From: a bacterium
GTDB lineage: Bacteria; Zhuqueibacterota; Zhuqueibacteria; Residuimicrobiales; Krinioviventaceae
Direction of reading: 5' to 3'
Assembly: GCA_963675755.2 (NCBI GenBank)
Contig: CAXXMD010000003.1
Span: 3,264,001-3,328,000, forward strand
Length of the DNA: 64,000 nucleotides
The notes under the pieces were generated by a model. That model saw only the letters and a list, made by a program, of their open reading frames with translations. It did not search any database and had not been told where the DNA came from. This document shows, one piece after another, positions 1 to 10,681 of the stretch. Position numbers and translations under genes: made by a program. Each line of letters opens with the position of its first letter. Positions within the stretch are counted from its first letter, which is position 1.

Positions 1-2
1 CT

Positions 3-620
3 GTAAATAGTTTGAAAAATGAAAACCTGACTGTTGTTGGGGTGCCCTTTGATATAAATGACGAGAAACAGGTACAGAGCAGTATTGTGAAAATTGAAAA
101 AGATCTGGGTCCTATTGATGTGCTGGTTAATAATGCAGGAATTCAGCACCGGGGCTCGTTAGAGACGATTGAGAAAAAGGATTTTGATAAAGTAATTGAA
201 ACGAATTTGATAGGTGCGTTTTTGGTCAGTAAACATGTTGTAAAGGGGATGATCAAACGCCAAAAAGGTAAAATCATTAATATCTGTTCGTTAATGAGTT
301 CGTTGGGGAGATACACCGTGGGGCCATATGCAGCCGCAAAAGGAGGGCTGGCCATGTTGACCAAGGCAATGGCTGTAGACTGGGGGCAATACAACATTCA
401 GGTCAATGGTATAGCCCCCGGATATTTCATAACAGAAATGACCCAGCCGTTGGCCGATGATCCGGAATTTGATACCTGGTTAAAAAAACGTACACCCGCA
501 AACCGTTGGGGGGATCCCACGGAATTGATTGGCACCGCCATTTACTTGTCTACACAGGCTTCGGCTTTTGTTAACGGTCAAGTAATCTATGTAGACGGTG
601 GAATAATGGCATCAATTTAA
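3..620 (+). CDS. SDR-family sugar-acid dehydrogenase (gluconate 5-dehydrogenase/KduD-like), 5'-truncated by the window edge
   Basis: Frame is open from base 3. NNAGIQHR, IINICSLMS, catalytic YAAAK, NGIAPGYF and VDGG motifs. The Rossmann GxxxGxG lies upstream of the window. Confidence 0.85.
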   Translation, partial: VNSLKNENLTVVGVPFDINDEKQVQSSIVKIEKDLGPIDVLVNNAGIQHRGSLETIEKKDFDKVIETNLIGAFLVSKHVVKGMIKRQKGKIINICSLMSSLGRYTVGPYAAAKGGLAMLTKAMAVDWGQYNIQVNGIAPGYFITEMTQPLADDPEFDTWLKKRTPANRWGDPTELIGTAIYLSTQASAFVNGQVIYVDGGIMASI

Positions 621-641
621 GCTAAAACGACAACAATCTAC

Positions 642-670
642 TTGACCGTTATTATAAAGTTTACTATATT
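642..670 (+). promoter_or_regulatory. sigma70-type promoter for the LacI gene/operon
   Basis: TTGACC (642-647), 17-bp spacer, TATATT (665-670), about 30 bp upstream of the TTG start at 702. Confidence 0.7.
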
Positions 671-671
671 A

Positions 672-686
672 AGTACTCGAGTAAGT
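672..686. promoter_or_regulatory. putative LacI-family operator (core TACTCGAGTA)
   Basis: Perfect 10-bp palindrome with central CG at 674-683, directly downstream of the -10 box. Second copy at 13041-13050. Confidence 0.6.
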
Positions 687-701
687 AGAAAGGGGTAGTT
701 T

Positions 702-1709
702 TTGGCTGTAAGACAGATTGATATTGCAAAAAAACTGGGCGTTACGCGCATTACGGTTTCAAAAGCATTACGCGACCATCCTGATATTTCGGAAGCAATG
801 AAAACCAAAGTGCGCAAAACCGCTGAAGAGATGGGGTATATACCCAATCGATTAGCCAGTCAATTGCAAACCAAAAAGTCATATACCATCGGTGTTGTTG
901 TTCCGGGTATTGCAAATTCTTTTTTTTCACTGGTAACCCATGGTATCATAGATTATGCTACTCCTAAAGGCTATCATATTATTCTTACGGTATCACTTGA
1001 AAATCCGGACATGGAGCTGGAAAATTTACGTACCCTCATGTCCATGCGGGTGGATGGTATTCTCATTTCCGTATCTCAGAACACGATTGATACCGGTATT
1101 TTTGAATTGATCAAGCAGTATGAAATTCCCTTAATCTTTTTTGATCGTGATATTCCGGGGCTGGACTGTTTTAGCCGTGTTGGCATTGATAATGTCAAAG
1201 CCGCAAAAGAACTATTGGATTTTGTTTTAGATAAAGGCTATACCCGTGTAGCGCATTTGGCCGGTACCCAGGTTTCCACTATTGGCAGAGACCGTTACGA
1301 GGGATATTTACAATCCATGAAAGCCCATGGAATTGAACCTGATCCCAAATTATTTGTTGAAGGTGGATTTGATGTAAAGTCCGGATACAATGGATTTATG
1401 CGTCTGCTTGAGCAAGGTGGAATGCCGGAAGTGGTTTACGCGGCTAATGATCAGATTGCTCAGGGGGTTTACCATGCCTGTGAAGACAAGGGTATAAAAA
1501 TACCGGATGATTTAGGTGTTGTTGCCTTTGGTCATGATGATTTTGCAAATATTATGAGTCCTAAATTAACAATAATTGATAATCCCCCCGAATTGTTGGG
1601 GAAAACTGCAATAGAGCAGTTGATTGATGAAATGAAAGGAACACCCAATACCAATCCGTCAACGGTGCTGGTTGATACACATTTGGTAGTGAACCGGTCC
1701 ATATTATAA
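702..1709 (+). CDS. LacI-family transcriptional regulator
   Basis: N-terminal HTH (IDIAKKLGVTRITVSKAL, GYIPN hinge) and a periplasmic-binding-protein-like domain ending IPDDLGVVAF...PKLTII. TTG start with AGGGG RBS. Confidence 0.95.
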   Translation: MAVRQIDIAKKLGVTRITVSKALRDHPDISEAMKTKVRKTAEEMGYIPNRLASQLQTKKSYTIGVVVPGIANSFFSLVTHGIIDYATPKGYHIILTVSLENPDMELENLRTLMSMRVDGILISVSQNTIDTGIFELIKQYEIPLIFFDRDIPGLDCFSRVGIDNVKAAKELLDFVLDKGYTRVAHLAGTQVSTIGRDRYEGYLQSMKAHGIEPDPKLFVEGGFDVKSGYNGFMRLLEQGGMPEVVYAANDQIAQGVYHACEDKGIKIPDDLGVVAFGHDDFANIMSPKLTIIDNPPELLGKTAIEQLIDEMKGTPNTNPSTVLVDTHLVVNRSIL

Positions 1710-1719
1710 ATTAACTGGA

Positions 1720-4050
1720 GTGAAACCTTTGAGGCTTTTCAAACTCTGTATTCTATTCATCCTGATTAGTGTTTTTCTTTCTTGTACTGATACATCGTCT
1801 GTATCAGAAAAGGTGGACTGGAAATCGTTCATGACTCGTCATGATATGATCTGGAAGAAATTACCAACAGAGTGGAGTCAAGGTCCGTTTTTTGGTAATG
1901 GTTTGATTGGATCGTTGATCTGGAAGGATGGAGTAAAGAACCGTTTTCGGATGCAGGTGTTTCGCTCAGATGTGCAGGAGCACCGTTCTTTTGAATATGG
2001 ACATGCGGGATATGCCCGCTGCCGCATGCAAATTGGTTCATTTTATTTCGAACCTGTTGGGAAAATAGAGGGTTGTGACTGGCGTCTGGATTTGTATAAT
2101 GCAGAACTCACTGGCACAATACAAACAGACAAGGGTACGATCCGAATCCGACATTTTACCCACTCTCATGATATGATACTCTATACCGAGCTTGAAACCA
2201 GCGGTGATGAAACCGGTTGCAAATGGACCTGGGAGCCGGCTGATCCCTGGCCAACACGCCATGGGTTCCCTGAATCAGAAGAGCAGATTCCCAGTGTACA
2301 AAAACGATATGGATCAAAGTACCCTACAAAGGTTTATGATCGCAATGCTGATCCCCGGATTGAGGAACGGGATGGCGTAAATGTCTGTGTTCAGGATCTG
2401 ACACACGGTGGTCAGCATTCAACCGCCTGGACGTTAAAAGAAACTAGTAATTTACAACAGCATATTATCTGTATTGCCAAATCCTGGCCTGATGAACCGG
2501 CAGTTTCGGACAAGGATGCGGTTCATGCTGTGCGTACCATAGCCAATTTGAACAATTATAATAAATGGAAACAGGTGCATTACGACTGGTGGCACCAATA
2601 TTATCCAAAAAGTTTTATTTCCCTCTCCGATACTCGTGCGGAAACGGTATACTGGACACAGATGTACAAACTTGCAAGCGCTTCACGGCATAACCGTCCT
2701 ATGATGGATACAGCAGGATTGTGGCAGGTCCCTTCGAGTTGGCCTTTTGTGACCTGGAATCTGAATGTACAATTGTGTTACTGGGCACCATTTCCTGCCA
2801 ACCGCATGGGTGTCGGAGAATCTCTAATTTACAACCTGTGGAAGTTTAGGCAAAATCTGATAAACAATGTGATGCCGGAAGAATGGCGCGACGATTCGGC
2901 TATGACCTCTGTAAATTCCGGTAATGATATGGCACAGCCCTGGGGTATGGATAATCGTGATTTTGCCACAAGTCTGGGGAACCTGGTTTGGGCTCTGCAT
3001 GATGTTTGGCTGCAATATCGCTACAGCATGGATGATGAAATGCTGCGGGAGAAATTGTATCCGTTATTGCGCCGGTCTGTCAACTGGATGCTTCACCATG
3101 TTTATGAAAAAGATGGGGTGTATCACTTGCCGCCTTCCGGTTCGCCGGAATATGGAAAGGCGCCTGATTGTAATTATGACCTGGCGTTGTTGCGCTGGGG
3201 ATGTGAAACCTTGTTGAAAATAAATGACCATTTGAACCTGAATGATCCTTTGAAAGAAAAATGGCAAGATACCATAAACCACCTTGTTCCTTTTTATATA
3301 GATGAAAACGGATATATGGTGGGAGCAGGCGTGCCATTTGTAAATGCTCATCGCCATTATTCTCATTTATTAATGTTTTATCCCTTGTACCTGGTTAATC
3401 CCGAAGAACCGGAACAAAAAGAGCTGCTTCTCAAATCCCTTGAACATTGGCTTGATACCAATCGTAAAGAATATGAAAGATCGGGTAACTGGGGTGTATT
3501 TGCTGCATATACCCATACCGGGGCTTCATCCATGTACGCGGCACTGAGAGATGGTGAAAAAGCATTGGAATATTTGAACGGATTTATTGAATATCCTCTA
3601 GTAAGAAGAAACAGTTTATATGCGGAATCCGGTCCTGTGCTGGAGTCTCCGCTTTCAGCTGCACAAAATGTGCACGATATGTTAATCCAGAGCTGGGGAG
3701 CCAAGATTCGTATATTTCCCGCGGTACCGGAATTGTGGCCTGATGTCATATTCCACAACCTCAGGTCCGAAGGAGGATTCCTGGTCAGCGCGGAACGAAA
3801 AGCTGGCTCCCTGCAATGGATTCGTGTAACCAGCCTTGCAGGTGAACCCTGCACACTTTTAGTTGATTTTGATGAATCGTTTGAAATGCAACTGGAAGGC
3901 AATTCCAGAACTTTAAATGCAGAACAGAAATTAATTCAGGTTGATCTTTTAAAGGACCAAACGATTCTGTTAAAATTACCCGGTGTTAAACCAGAGATCC
4001 ATGCCGTGTCTGCTCAAACAGATAAACTCAACTGGTATGGATTAAAATGA
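1720..4050 (+). CDS. GH95-like (alpha/alpha)6-barrel glycoside hydrolase (alpha-L-fucosidase/L-galactosidase-like), predicted lipoprotein
   Basis: Lipobox FLSC. GNGLIG, WNLNVQLCYW, SGSPEYG, HRHYSHLL, MLIQSW..IRIFPAVP and LRSEGGFLVSA match the GH95/GH65-type layout. Confidence 0.75.
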   Translation: MKPLRLFKLCILFILISVFLSCTDTSSVSEKVDWKSFMTRHDMIWKKLPTEWSQGPFFGNGLIGSLIWKDGVKNRFRMQVFRSDVQEHRSFEYGHAGYARCRMQIGSFYFEPVGKIEGCDWRLDLYNAELTGTIQTDKGTIRIRHFTHSHDMILYTELETSGDETGCKWTWEPADPWPTRHGFPESEEQIPSVQKRYGSKYPTKVYDRNADPRIEERDGVNVCVQDLTHGGQHSTAWTLKETSNLQQHIICIAKSWPDEPAVSDKDAVHAVRTIANLNNYNKWKQVHYDWWHQYYPKSFISLSDTRAETVYWTQMYKLASASRHNRPMMDTAGLWQVPSSWPFVTWNLNVQLCYWAPFPANRMGVGESLIYNLWKFRQNLINNVMPEEWRDDSAMTSVNSGNDMAQPWGMDNRDFATSLGNLVWALHDVWLQYRYSMDDEMLREKLYPLLRRSVNWMLHHVYEKDGVYHLPPSGSPEYGKAPDCNYDLALLRWGCETLLKINDHLNLNDPLKEKWQDTINHLVPFYIDENGYMVGAGVPFVNAHRHYSHLLMFYPLYLVNPEEPEQKELLLKSLEHWLDTNRKEYERSGNWGVFAAYTHTGASSMYAALRDGEKALEYLNGFIEYPLVRRNSLYAESGPVLESPLSAAQNVHDMLIQSWGAKIRIFPAVPELWPDVIFHNLRSEGGFLVSAERKAGSLQWIRVTSLAGEPCTLLVDFDESFEMQLEGNSRTLNAEQKLIQVDLLKDQTILLKLPGVKPEIHAVSAQTDKLNWYGLK

Positions 4051-5012
4051 AAAAACTGATATTTCTGATATTTTGTACAGTTTCCGCAATATATGCTGAT
4101 ACGAATTTGTTGAATGCATTATCATCCCCGATTCTTTTCAAGGGAGATGATACAATTGCTTATCGTGATCCTGCGGTACTTTATCACAATCAAATATTTT
4201 ATCTTTATTTTACGCTTGTTCAGGTTGAACAGGGTGGTGCTGTTTATTCTTATACCGCACAGAGCAAGAGTACGGACTTGCAAAACTGGACAGATCCGGA
4301 GATCATAACTCCAAAGGGCCAAGCTCTCAACTATTGCAGTCCCGGAAACGTTATTCGGTTTCAAGACCAATGGGTGCTGTGTTTACAAACCTATCCACGT
4401 CCCGATTATAACATCAAAGATCAACCAGTATATGGAAACCAGACCGCCCGGGTTTTCATCATGAAAAGCGATGATCTGGAGCATTGGTCAGAACCGGAGC
4501 TTTTGAAGGTCAAAGGGTCGGATGTACAGATTCAGGATATGGGACGTATGATTGATCCTTATCTGATCAAAGACAAGGATGATTCGGACAAGTGGTGGTG
4601 TTTTTATAAACAGAACGGTGTCAGCATGTCATGGTCCCGCGATCTTGAAAATTGGACCTTTTTCGGGCATACACAATCCGGTGAAAATGTATGTGTGCTG
4701 ATAGAAAATGATGAATATTTGCTATTTCATTCACCATCTAATGGTATTGGGATCAAACGCTCATCTGATTTGAAAACGTGGCAGGATTGGGGTGAATTGA
4801 TCACTTTGGATCAGCAAAACTGGCCCTGGGCGAAAGGACGTTTAACCGCAGCTACGGTTATTGATTTGCGCCATGTACCGGGTATTGAAAGATATGTCAT
4901 GTTTTTTCATGGATCCGGGCCCGAGCCTGAATCGAAAATGTTTGATCAGTACGCAAGTATAGGCATTGCATGGAGCAAGAATTTACAAAATTGGGAGTGG
5001 CCGGGAAAATGA
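4047..5012 (+). CDS. five-bladed beta-propeller glycoside hydrolase (GH32/GH43/GH130-like), secreted
   Basis: Signal peptide; YRDPAV, repeated S.DL..W blade motifs, MIDPY. Start overlaps the upstream stop (ATGA). Confidence 0.65.
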   Translation: MKKLIFLIFCTVSAIYADTNLLNALSSPILFKGDDTIAYRDPAVLYHNQIFYLYFTLVQVEQGGAVYSYTAQSKSTDLQNWTDPEIITPKGQALNYCSPGNVIRFQDQWVLCLQTYPRPDYNIKDQPVYGNQTARVFIMKSDDLEHWSEPELLKVKGSDVQIQDMGRMIDPYLIKDKDDSDKWWCFYKQNGVSMSWSRDLENWTFFGHTQSGENVCVLIENDEYLLFHSPSNGIGIKRSSDLKTWQDWGELITLDQQNWPWAKGRLTAATVIDLRHVPGIERYVMFFHGSGPEPESKMFDQYASIGIAWSKNLQNWEWPGK

Positions 5013-6025
5013 AAAAGATTGTGTCTATGTTTGTTTTATTTATTCTATTGTCTCAATCCATTGTGTTAGCACAGCATAAGCCTATAATCGAACGTTTATT
5101 ACCTGTTCCCAAAGAGGGTGGGTTTAAAATGGATGGCTATTTTGTTTGGGGTGGATCTTTGATTAAAGCAGATGGCAAGTATCATCTGTTTGCTTCACGA
5201 TGGCCAACATGGGAGACATTGGGCAAAGAATTTATTGAAAACGGGCCCGTGAGTATATTGGGCTTGTACCGCGAGTATTCCGAGATCGTTCACGCGGAAG
5301 CGGATAATCCGTTGGGTCCATATACATTTAAAGATGTTGTGGTATCCAGGCGAGGTGATGGATATTGGGACGGGCAAATGTGCCATAATCCTAAAATCGT
5401 CAAGATTGGTGATGAATATGTATTGTTTTATATTGGCCGATATACTGACCGTCCTGAACGCAAAGTAGGTTATGCTGTAGCGTCATCAATTAACGGACCC
5501 TGGAAAAGAAGCGAAACACAACTCTTGTTGACCGAAGATGCCAATAATCCTGCACCTTTTGTGCATGAGGATGGCAGTGTTTTGTTGTCTTTTCGTGACC
5601 GGAATCTTGCAAACTTTATTGTCAAAGCGGAAACCTATGATGGAGATTACGAGTTTTTAGCGGGAAATATAACACCGGGCAAAGCGTTTGAGGACGCTTC
5701 AATATTTTACAAAGACAATATATACCATATGGTAATGGAAGACAATCGTGGATTGTTTACCGGGCATGTACGCCATGGCGCGCATTTGGTATCTGAGGAT
5801 GCTATGACCTGGAAAGTTTTTGATCCTGTTCATGTTTATACACATACTGTGCAATGGAATGATGGCACGGAAACCACTTTTGACCGACGGGAACGGCCGG
5901 AATTGGTTAATCTGAATAATTCAGCGGAACGCAAATATGACGGAGAACCTACACATCTGGTTACAGGCGCACAGATAGGTATGACAAGTTGGTGTATTAT
6001 TCAGGAAATTGCAAAGATGAAGTGA
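5009..6025 (+). CDS. GH43/GH117-like five-bladed beta-propeller glycoside hydrolase, secreted
   Basis: VWGGS, YHLFASRW, HNPKI, NNPAP, FEDA and RRERP motifs. Start set at ATG 5009 (ATGA overlap, signal peptide MKKIVSMF) rather than 4970. Confidence 0.7.
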   Translation: MKKIVSMFVLFILLSQSIVLAQHKPIIERLLPVPKEGGFKMDGYFVWGGSLIKADGKYHLFASRWPTWETLGKEFIENGPVSILGLYREYSEIVHAEADNPLGPYTFKDVVVSRRGDGYWDGQMCHNPKIVKIGDEYVLFYIGRYTDRPERKVGYAVASSINGPWKRSETQLLLTEDANNPAPFVHEDGSVLLSFRDRNLANFIVKAETYDGDYEFLAGNITPGKAFEDASIFYKDNIYHMVMEDNRGLFTGHVRHGAHLVSEDAMTWKVFDPVHVYTHTVQWNDGTETTFDRRERPELVNLNNSAERKYDGEPTHLVTGAQIGMTSWCIIQEIAKMK

Positions 6026-6045
6026 TTTTGTTGGAGGTTGGCAAG

Positions 6046-7521
6046 ATGAAAGTTAAACTGTTTTTAATATGTATTATGTTGGCGGGACTTTTTATTTCTA
6101 CATTAGCTGTAGAGTATAAAACAAAAGCCTATGAACCTGAATGGGAATCATTGATACAGCATCCCACACCGGAGTGGTTCAAAGATGCCAAGTTTGGTAT
6201 CTATTTTCATTGGGGTGTATATTCGGTGCCGGCGCATGGTAACGAATGGTATCCGCGTAATATGTACAATAAGGACAGTAAATTATTCAACTGGCATCGT
6301 GAGAATTGGGGACCGCAGGAGGAATTTGGATACAAGGATTTTATCCCCATGTTTACTGCTGAAAAATTCAATGCAGATGAATGGGTAGATTTGTTTGTAA
6401 AATCGGGTGCGAAATTTATCGGTCCGGTTGCCGAACATCATGATGGTTTTGCCATGTGGGCCAGTAAATTAACGGATTGGGATGCAGGTGATATGGGCCC
6501 GAAAAGAGATATTGTGGGAGAGCTTGCAGAGGCCGTTAGAAAGCGTGAAGGATTAAAATTTTTAACTTCATTTCATCATGCGTATAACTGGAAATATTAT
6601 GAACCCGCTTATGATTATGATGCCGGGGATGCACGTTTTGCCGGTCTTTATAATTTACCGCATGCTGATGGTGCTCCTGAATCGGATGATTTTTTAGAGG
6701 ACTGGCTGGGTAAATTAATTGAAGTGATTGATAACTATCAACCGGATTATATCTGGTTTGACTTTGGCTGGCGTGAACATTCTTTTGATGCTTATAAACG
6801 TGAATTTCTTGCTTATTACTATAACAAAGCAGAAGAGTGGGGCAAAGATGTGGTTGTCTCTTATAAAGACGATCATTTGCCAATTGGCGCCGGTGTGTTG
6901 GATATGGAACGCGGTCGCCTGGATTCTTTGCGCCAGATTTACTGGATCACAGATACCTCCATTGATAAAGTATCATGGTGTTATGTAGAGCATCCTGATT
7001 ACAAGGATGTTAATACAATGGTAGACAATCTGGTTGACCGGGTTAGTAAAAACGGCAATACACTGATGAACATAGCCCCCCGTGCAGACGGTACTATTCC
7101 TGAAGGGCAAAAAGAACGACTGCTGGGAATTGGTAAATGGCTGGGTGTTAACGGTGAAGCCATTTACGGTACACGGCACTGGTTCAAGTATGGCGAAGGT
7201 CCTACCCAGTTTAAAGGTGGCGGCTTTATTGATAAAAAGAAATTGGTTTACACGGCCAAGGATGTGCGGTTTACCACCAAAGGTAATACTTTGTACGCCA
7301 TTGCATTGGATTGGCCCGAGAATGAATTGACTGTTGAATCGCTCAAGGTTTTGGATGCAGATCAAATTCAATCGGTTTCACTTTTAGGCAGCAAAGAAAA
7401 GGTTGAGTGGGAAATGACAGATGCCGGTTTGAAACTGGTAATGCCCAAAAACAAACCCTGTGAACATGCATATTCTTTCAAGATTGAATATGGCGTGCGT
7501 TTGCCCCGTTCGGCAAATTAA
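6046..7521 (+). CDS. GH29 alpha-L-fucosidase
   Basis: PEWFKDAKFGIYFHWGVYSVP, AEHHDGF, nucleophile motif IWFD, SKNGNTLMNIAP, NGEAIYGT. GGAGG RBS before ATG 6046. Confidence 0.93.
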   Translation: MKVKLFLICIMLAGLFISTLAVEYKTKAYEPEWESLIQHPTPEWFKDAKFGIYFHWGVYSVPAHGNEWYPRNMYNKDSKLFNWHRENWGPQEEFGYKDFIPMFTAEKFNADEWVDLFVKSGAKFIGPVAEHHDGFAMWASKLTDWDAGDMGPKRDIVGELAEAVRKREGLKFLTSFHHAYNWKYYEPAYDYDAGDARFAGLYNLPHADGAPESDDFLEDWLGKLIEVIDNYQPDYIWFDFGWREHSFDAYKREFLAYYYNKAEEWGKDVVVSYKDDHLPIGAGVLDMERGRLDSLRQIYWITDTSIDKVSWCYVEHPDYKDVNTMVDNLVDRVSKNGNTLMNIAPRADGTIPEGQKERLLGIGKWLGVNGEAIYGTRHWFKYGEGPTQFKGGGFIDKKKLVYTAKDVRFTTKGNTLYAIALDWPENELTVESLKVLDADQIQSVSLLGSKEKVEWEMTDAGLKLVMPKNKPCEHAYSFKIEYGVRLPRSAN

Positions 7522-7565
7522 AGATGTGTTTTTGATTATTGTTTCTTTTAATAAATGGATTTTTG

Positions 7566-9107
7566 ATGCATAGACGCTCGTTTTTAAAATCATTATCAAC
7601 TGCGATGGGTACTGCCTTGGCAGGCGGATTTTTAAACTGCCAGCGCGCTCAAGCCCAACCCAATATTGTATTTATTTTGGCAGATGATCTGGGATATGGT
7701 GAACTGGGATGCTATGGTCAGGAAAAGATTGAAACTCCCAATATCGATAACCTGGCAACAACCGGGATGCGCTTTACACAATTTTATTCAGGAGCCCCGG
7801 TATGTGCCCCGGCACGATGTGTATTGCTTACCGGTAAACACAGCGGTCACGCTTATATCCGCGGTAATGATGAATGGGCGTCTCGCGGGGATGTATGGGA
7901 TTATGCCAAGATGGTCGAAGACCCCAATCTGGAAGGACAGCGACCTTTACCTCAGGATACAGTCACAATCGGAAAGCTGTTACAATCTGCGGGATATAAA
8001 ACTGCGGTTGTAGGCAAGTGGGGACTGGGCGCACCCAATACTGTAGGCATTCCCAATAAACAGGGATTCGATTTCTTTTATGGATATAATTGTCAGAGAC
8101 AAGCGCATATCTATTATCCAAAACATCTGTGGAAGAATACTGAAAAACACTGGCTGAATAATGAACTGGTTATACCCAACACCAAGCTTGATAAAGATGC
8201 GGATCCTTTAGATCCTGCCAGTTATAAAAAGTTTAGTCAAAAAGACTATGCTCCGGATTATATGTTTCAAGAGATCCTCAGTTTTGTGGATGAAAATAAG
8301 AATACACCATTTTTTCTGTACTGGGCAACCCCCATTCCACATGTGTCATTGCAGGCCCCACAGAGTTGGGTGAAAAAGTATGTGGAAAAGTTTGGTGATG
8401 AAGAACCATACCTTGGAGATATGGGCTATTTGCCGCATCGGTATCCCCATGCTGCTTACGCGGCTATGGTTTCCTATCTGGATTGCCAGGTAGGTCAATT
8501 GATTAAAAGATTGAAATCATTGGGCATATATGAAAATACATTGATTATTTTTACATCTGATAACGGTCCAACCTATGCGGGTGGAGCGGATTCGGAATAT
8601 TTCAATAGTGCATCTCCATTTCCAAATAAAAGGGAGCGCATCAAAGGCAATGTCTATGAAGGAGGGGTCCGAGTACCCATGATTGCATCCTGGCCACGCA
8701 GGATTCAGACGGGTACAGAATCGGACCACATGGCAGCGTTTTATGATGTGCTCCCGACTTTATGTGAGGTGAGCGGAACAGCAGTTCCAAATGATACGGA
8801 TGGAATCAGCTTTTTACCGGAACTGCTGGGTAATGAGCAAAAGTCTCACGAGTTTTTGTATTGGGAGTTTCCTGCTTATGGCGGTCAGCAGGCAGTCAGA
8901 ATGGGAGAATGGAAAGGTATTAGACGTGATCTGCAAAAAGGAGCGTCTGCTATTGCATTGTACAACCTGACCGATGATATTAAAGAAGAACATAATATTG
9001 CTGAGAATTATCCCGATATTATAAAAAAGATAAAAACAATTATGGAAAAAGAACATACCATACCGGAAATCGAAAGGTTTAAAATCAAGGGGCTTGGAGA
9101 TCATTAA
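7566..9107 (+). CDS. formylglycine-dependent (S1) sulfatase, Tat-exported
   Basis: MHRRSFLK Tat motif; PNIVFILADDLG, CAPARCVLLTG, GKWGLG, TSDNG, YEGGVRVP. Confidence 0.93.
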   Translation: MHRRSFLKSLSTAMGTALAGGFLNCQRAQAQPNIVFILADDLGYGELGCYGQEKIETPNIDNLATTGMRFTQFYSGAPVCAPARCVLLTGKHSGHAYIRGNDEWASRGDVWDYAKMVEDPNLEGQRPLPQDTVTIGKLLQSAGYKTAVVGKWGLGAPNTVGIPNKQGFDFFYGYNCQRQAHIYYPKHLWKNTEKHWLNNELVIPNTKLDKDADPLDPASYKKFSQKDYAPDYMFQEILSFVDENKNTPFFLYWATPIPHVSLQAPQSWVKKYVEKFGDEEPYLGDMGYLPHRYPHAAYAAMVSYLDCQVGQLIKRLKSLGIYENTLIIFTSDNGPTYAGGADSEYFNSASPFPNKRERIKGNVYEGGVRVPMIASWPRRIQTGTESDHMAAFYDVLPTLCEVSGTAVPNDTDGISFLPELLGNEQKSHEFLYWEFPAYGGQQAVRMGEWKGIRRDLQKGASAIALYNLTDDIKEEHNIAENYPDIIKKIKTIMEKEHTIPEIERFKIKGLGDH

Positions 9108-10595
9108 ATGATTAAAAACTTTTTTATCTTCCTGGAGATTTTTATAATTGGATTGACCCAATTGTTAATTGCAGAGGGAATTGGTGTAAATAAATTTGAT
9201 GAAAAACATACGAGCGACTGTTATCGGCTGGTAAGCAGTCGTAATCTCGAAACTGCACATCTTTTATCTCCTAATGGTCGCTATGTTCACAGTTGGACTT
9301 TTTCCCACACCGACGAACAAACCAGTGATTTCAGCGGATTTGGTATGACCTGGCATTATGCTGAAATGCTTCCCAATGGCAATCTGGTAGCAATAATTAA
9401 AGATGAAATGATCATTGAACTCGACTGGAACAGCAAACTTGTCTGGAAAGCCAAACTTCGTGCCCATCATGATTTTGCAAGAACTGAAAATGGGAATACC
9501 ATTGTTGTTTCACGTCGGGATGTTGAAAATCCATGGAATCCGGCAGAACAACTTGCCATAGACGAGCTTGTTGAATTTGATAAAAATGGCGATATTGTTT
9601 GGACCTGGCAATATGATAAACACCTTGATGAAATTGCATCATTAGCTGAGCAACCGGTACCTCCGCATAAAACTTTTCGGGACTGGCCTCACATCAATAC
9701 CTGTGAGATACTGCCTGAAAATCCAATTGCTGTAAAGGATAGCCGTTTCAGTGCAGGTAATTTGTTAATGTGCGGCAGGCATGCCAATACCATATTTATT
9801 GTAGACAGATCCACCAGCAAAGTTGTATGGGCCTGGGGACCCGGAGAACTAGAAGGTCCGCATATGCCCACGATGTTGAAAAACGGCAATATTCTTATCT
9901 ATGATAACGGCCATCATATAGATGAAACATCGCGCAAGTACACCCGGGTAGTAGAATTAGATCCATTAAAAAAGAAAATTGTTTGGGAATATACATCAGA
10001 TCCAAAAACTGATTTTTTCTCTCCGTCTCGAGGATCAGCAAATCGACTTGAAAACGGAAATACCCTGATCGCAGAATCGGATAGCGGACATTTGTTCGAA
10101 ATCAATCCCAAAGGTAATATAGTATGGGAATACTGGAACATGGATTATAATGATAATGGCACACGTGTGTCATTATACCGAACAGTTCCTTATGATAAAA
10201 AGCTGGTAGATGGGCTCCTGGATAAATATGGTGCAGTTAAAGATGTAGTACCTGCGGAAAAAGAACCTCTGGTTTATAAACGAGATTTTGGTTCGGCTGC
10301 CCAATACAAACAAAAGATGCAAGACGTAGTGGCTTGTGTGGAAATGGGGTGGTATGATCTTGGACTGGAATTTCTTGAGAAATTCATGAAAGCTTTTCCC
10401 AATGATCCGGAAGGATTTTACACCTATTCACTAATCTATTCTGCCAGGAATAATCCCAAAACAGCATTCGATTATATGAACAAGGCACTGGATGCCGGTT
10501 TAGCATTGGACCGTTTTACCAGCGATTCTGAATTATTAAAGTCATTACATGACTATATACCATATAAAAAAAAGATGGGTGTCCCTGAAAAGTAA
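9108..10595 (+). CDS. arylsulfotransferase (ASST)-family beta-propeller protein with C-terminal TPR-like tail
   Basis: AHHDF, DWPHINT, HMPTMLKNGNILIYDNG, SRGSANRLENGNTLI, LYR. The C-terminal ~100 aa are TPR-like (FPNDPEGFYTYSLIYS...AFDYMNKALDAG). Confidence 0.75.
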   Translation: MIKNFFIFLEIFIIGLTQLLIAEGIGVNKFDEKHTSDCYRLVSSRNLETAHLLSPNGRYVHSWTFSHTDEQTSDFSGFGMTWHYAEMLPNGNLVAIIKDEMIIELDWNSKLVWKAKLRAHHDFARTENGNTIVVSRRDVENPWNPAEQLAIDELVEFDKNGDIVWTWQYDKHLDEIASLAEQPVPPHKTFRDWPHINTCEILPENPIAVKDSRFSAGNLLMCGRHANTIFIVDRSTSKVVWAWGPGELEGPHMPTMLKNGNILIYDNGHHIDETSRKYTRVVELDPLKKKIVWEYTSDPKTDFFSPSRGSANRLENGNTLIAESDSGHLFEINPKGNIVWEYWNMDYNDNGTRVSLYRTVPYDKKLVDGLLDKYGAVKDVVPAEKEPLVYKRDFGSAAQYKQKMQDVVACVEMGWYDLGLEFLEKFMKAFPNDPEGFYTYSLIYSARNNPKTAFDYMNKALDAGLALDRFTSDSELLKSLHDYIPYKKKMGVPEK

Positions 10596-10681
10596 ATTTT
10601 AACATGTATTTTAAATTATTTTTTTGTATACTAGAATTGATATAAACTATGAGAAGTAATTGTCAATAAAAAGGAATTGTT

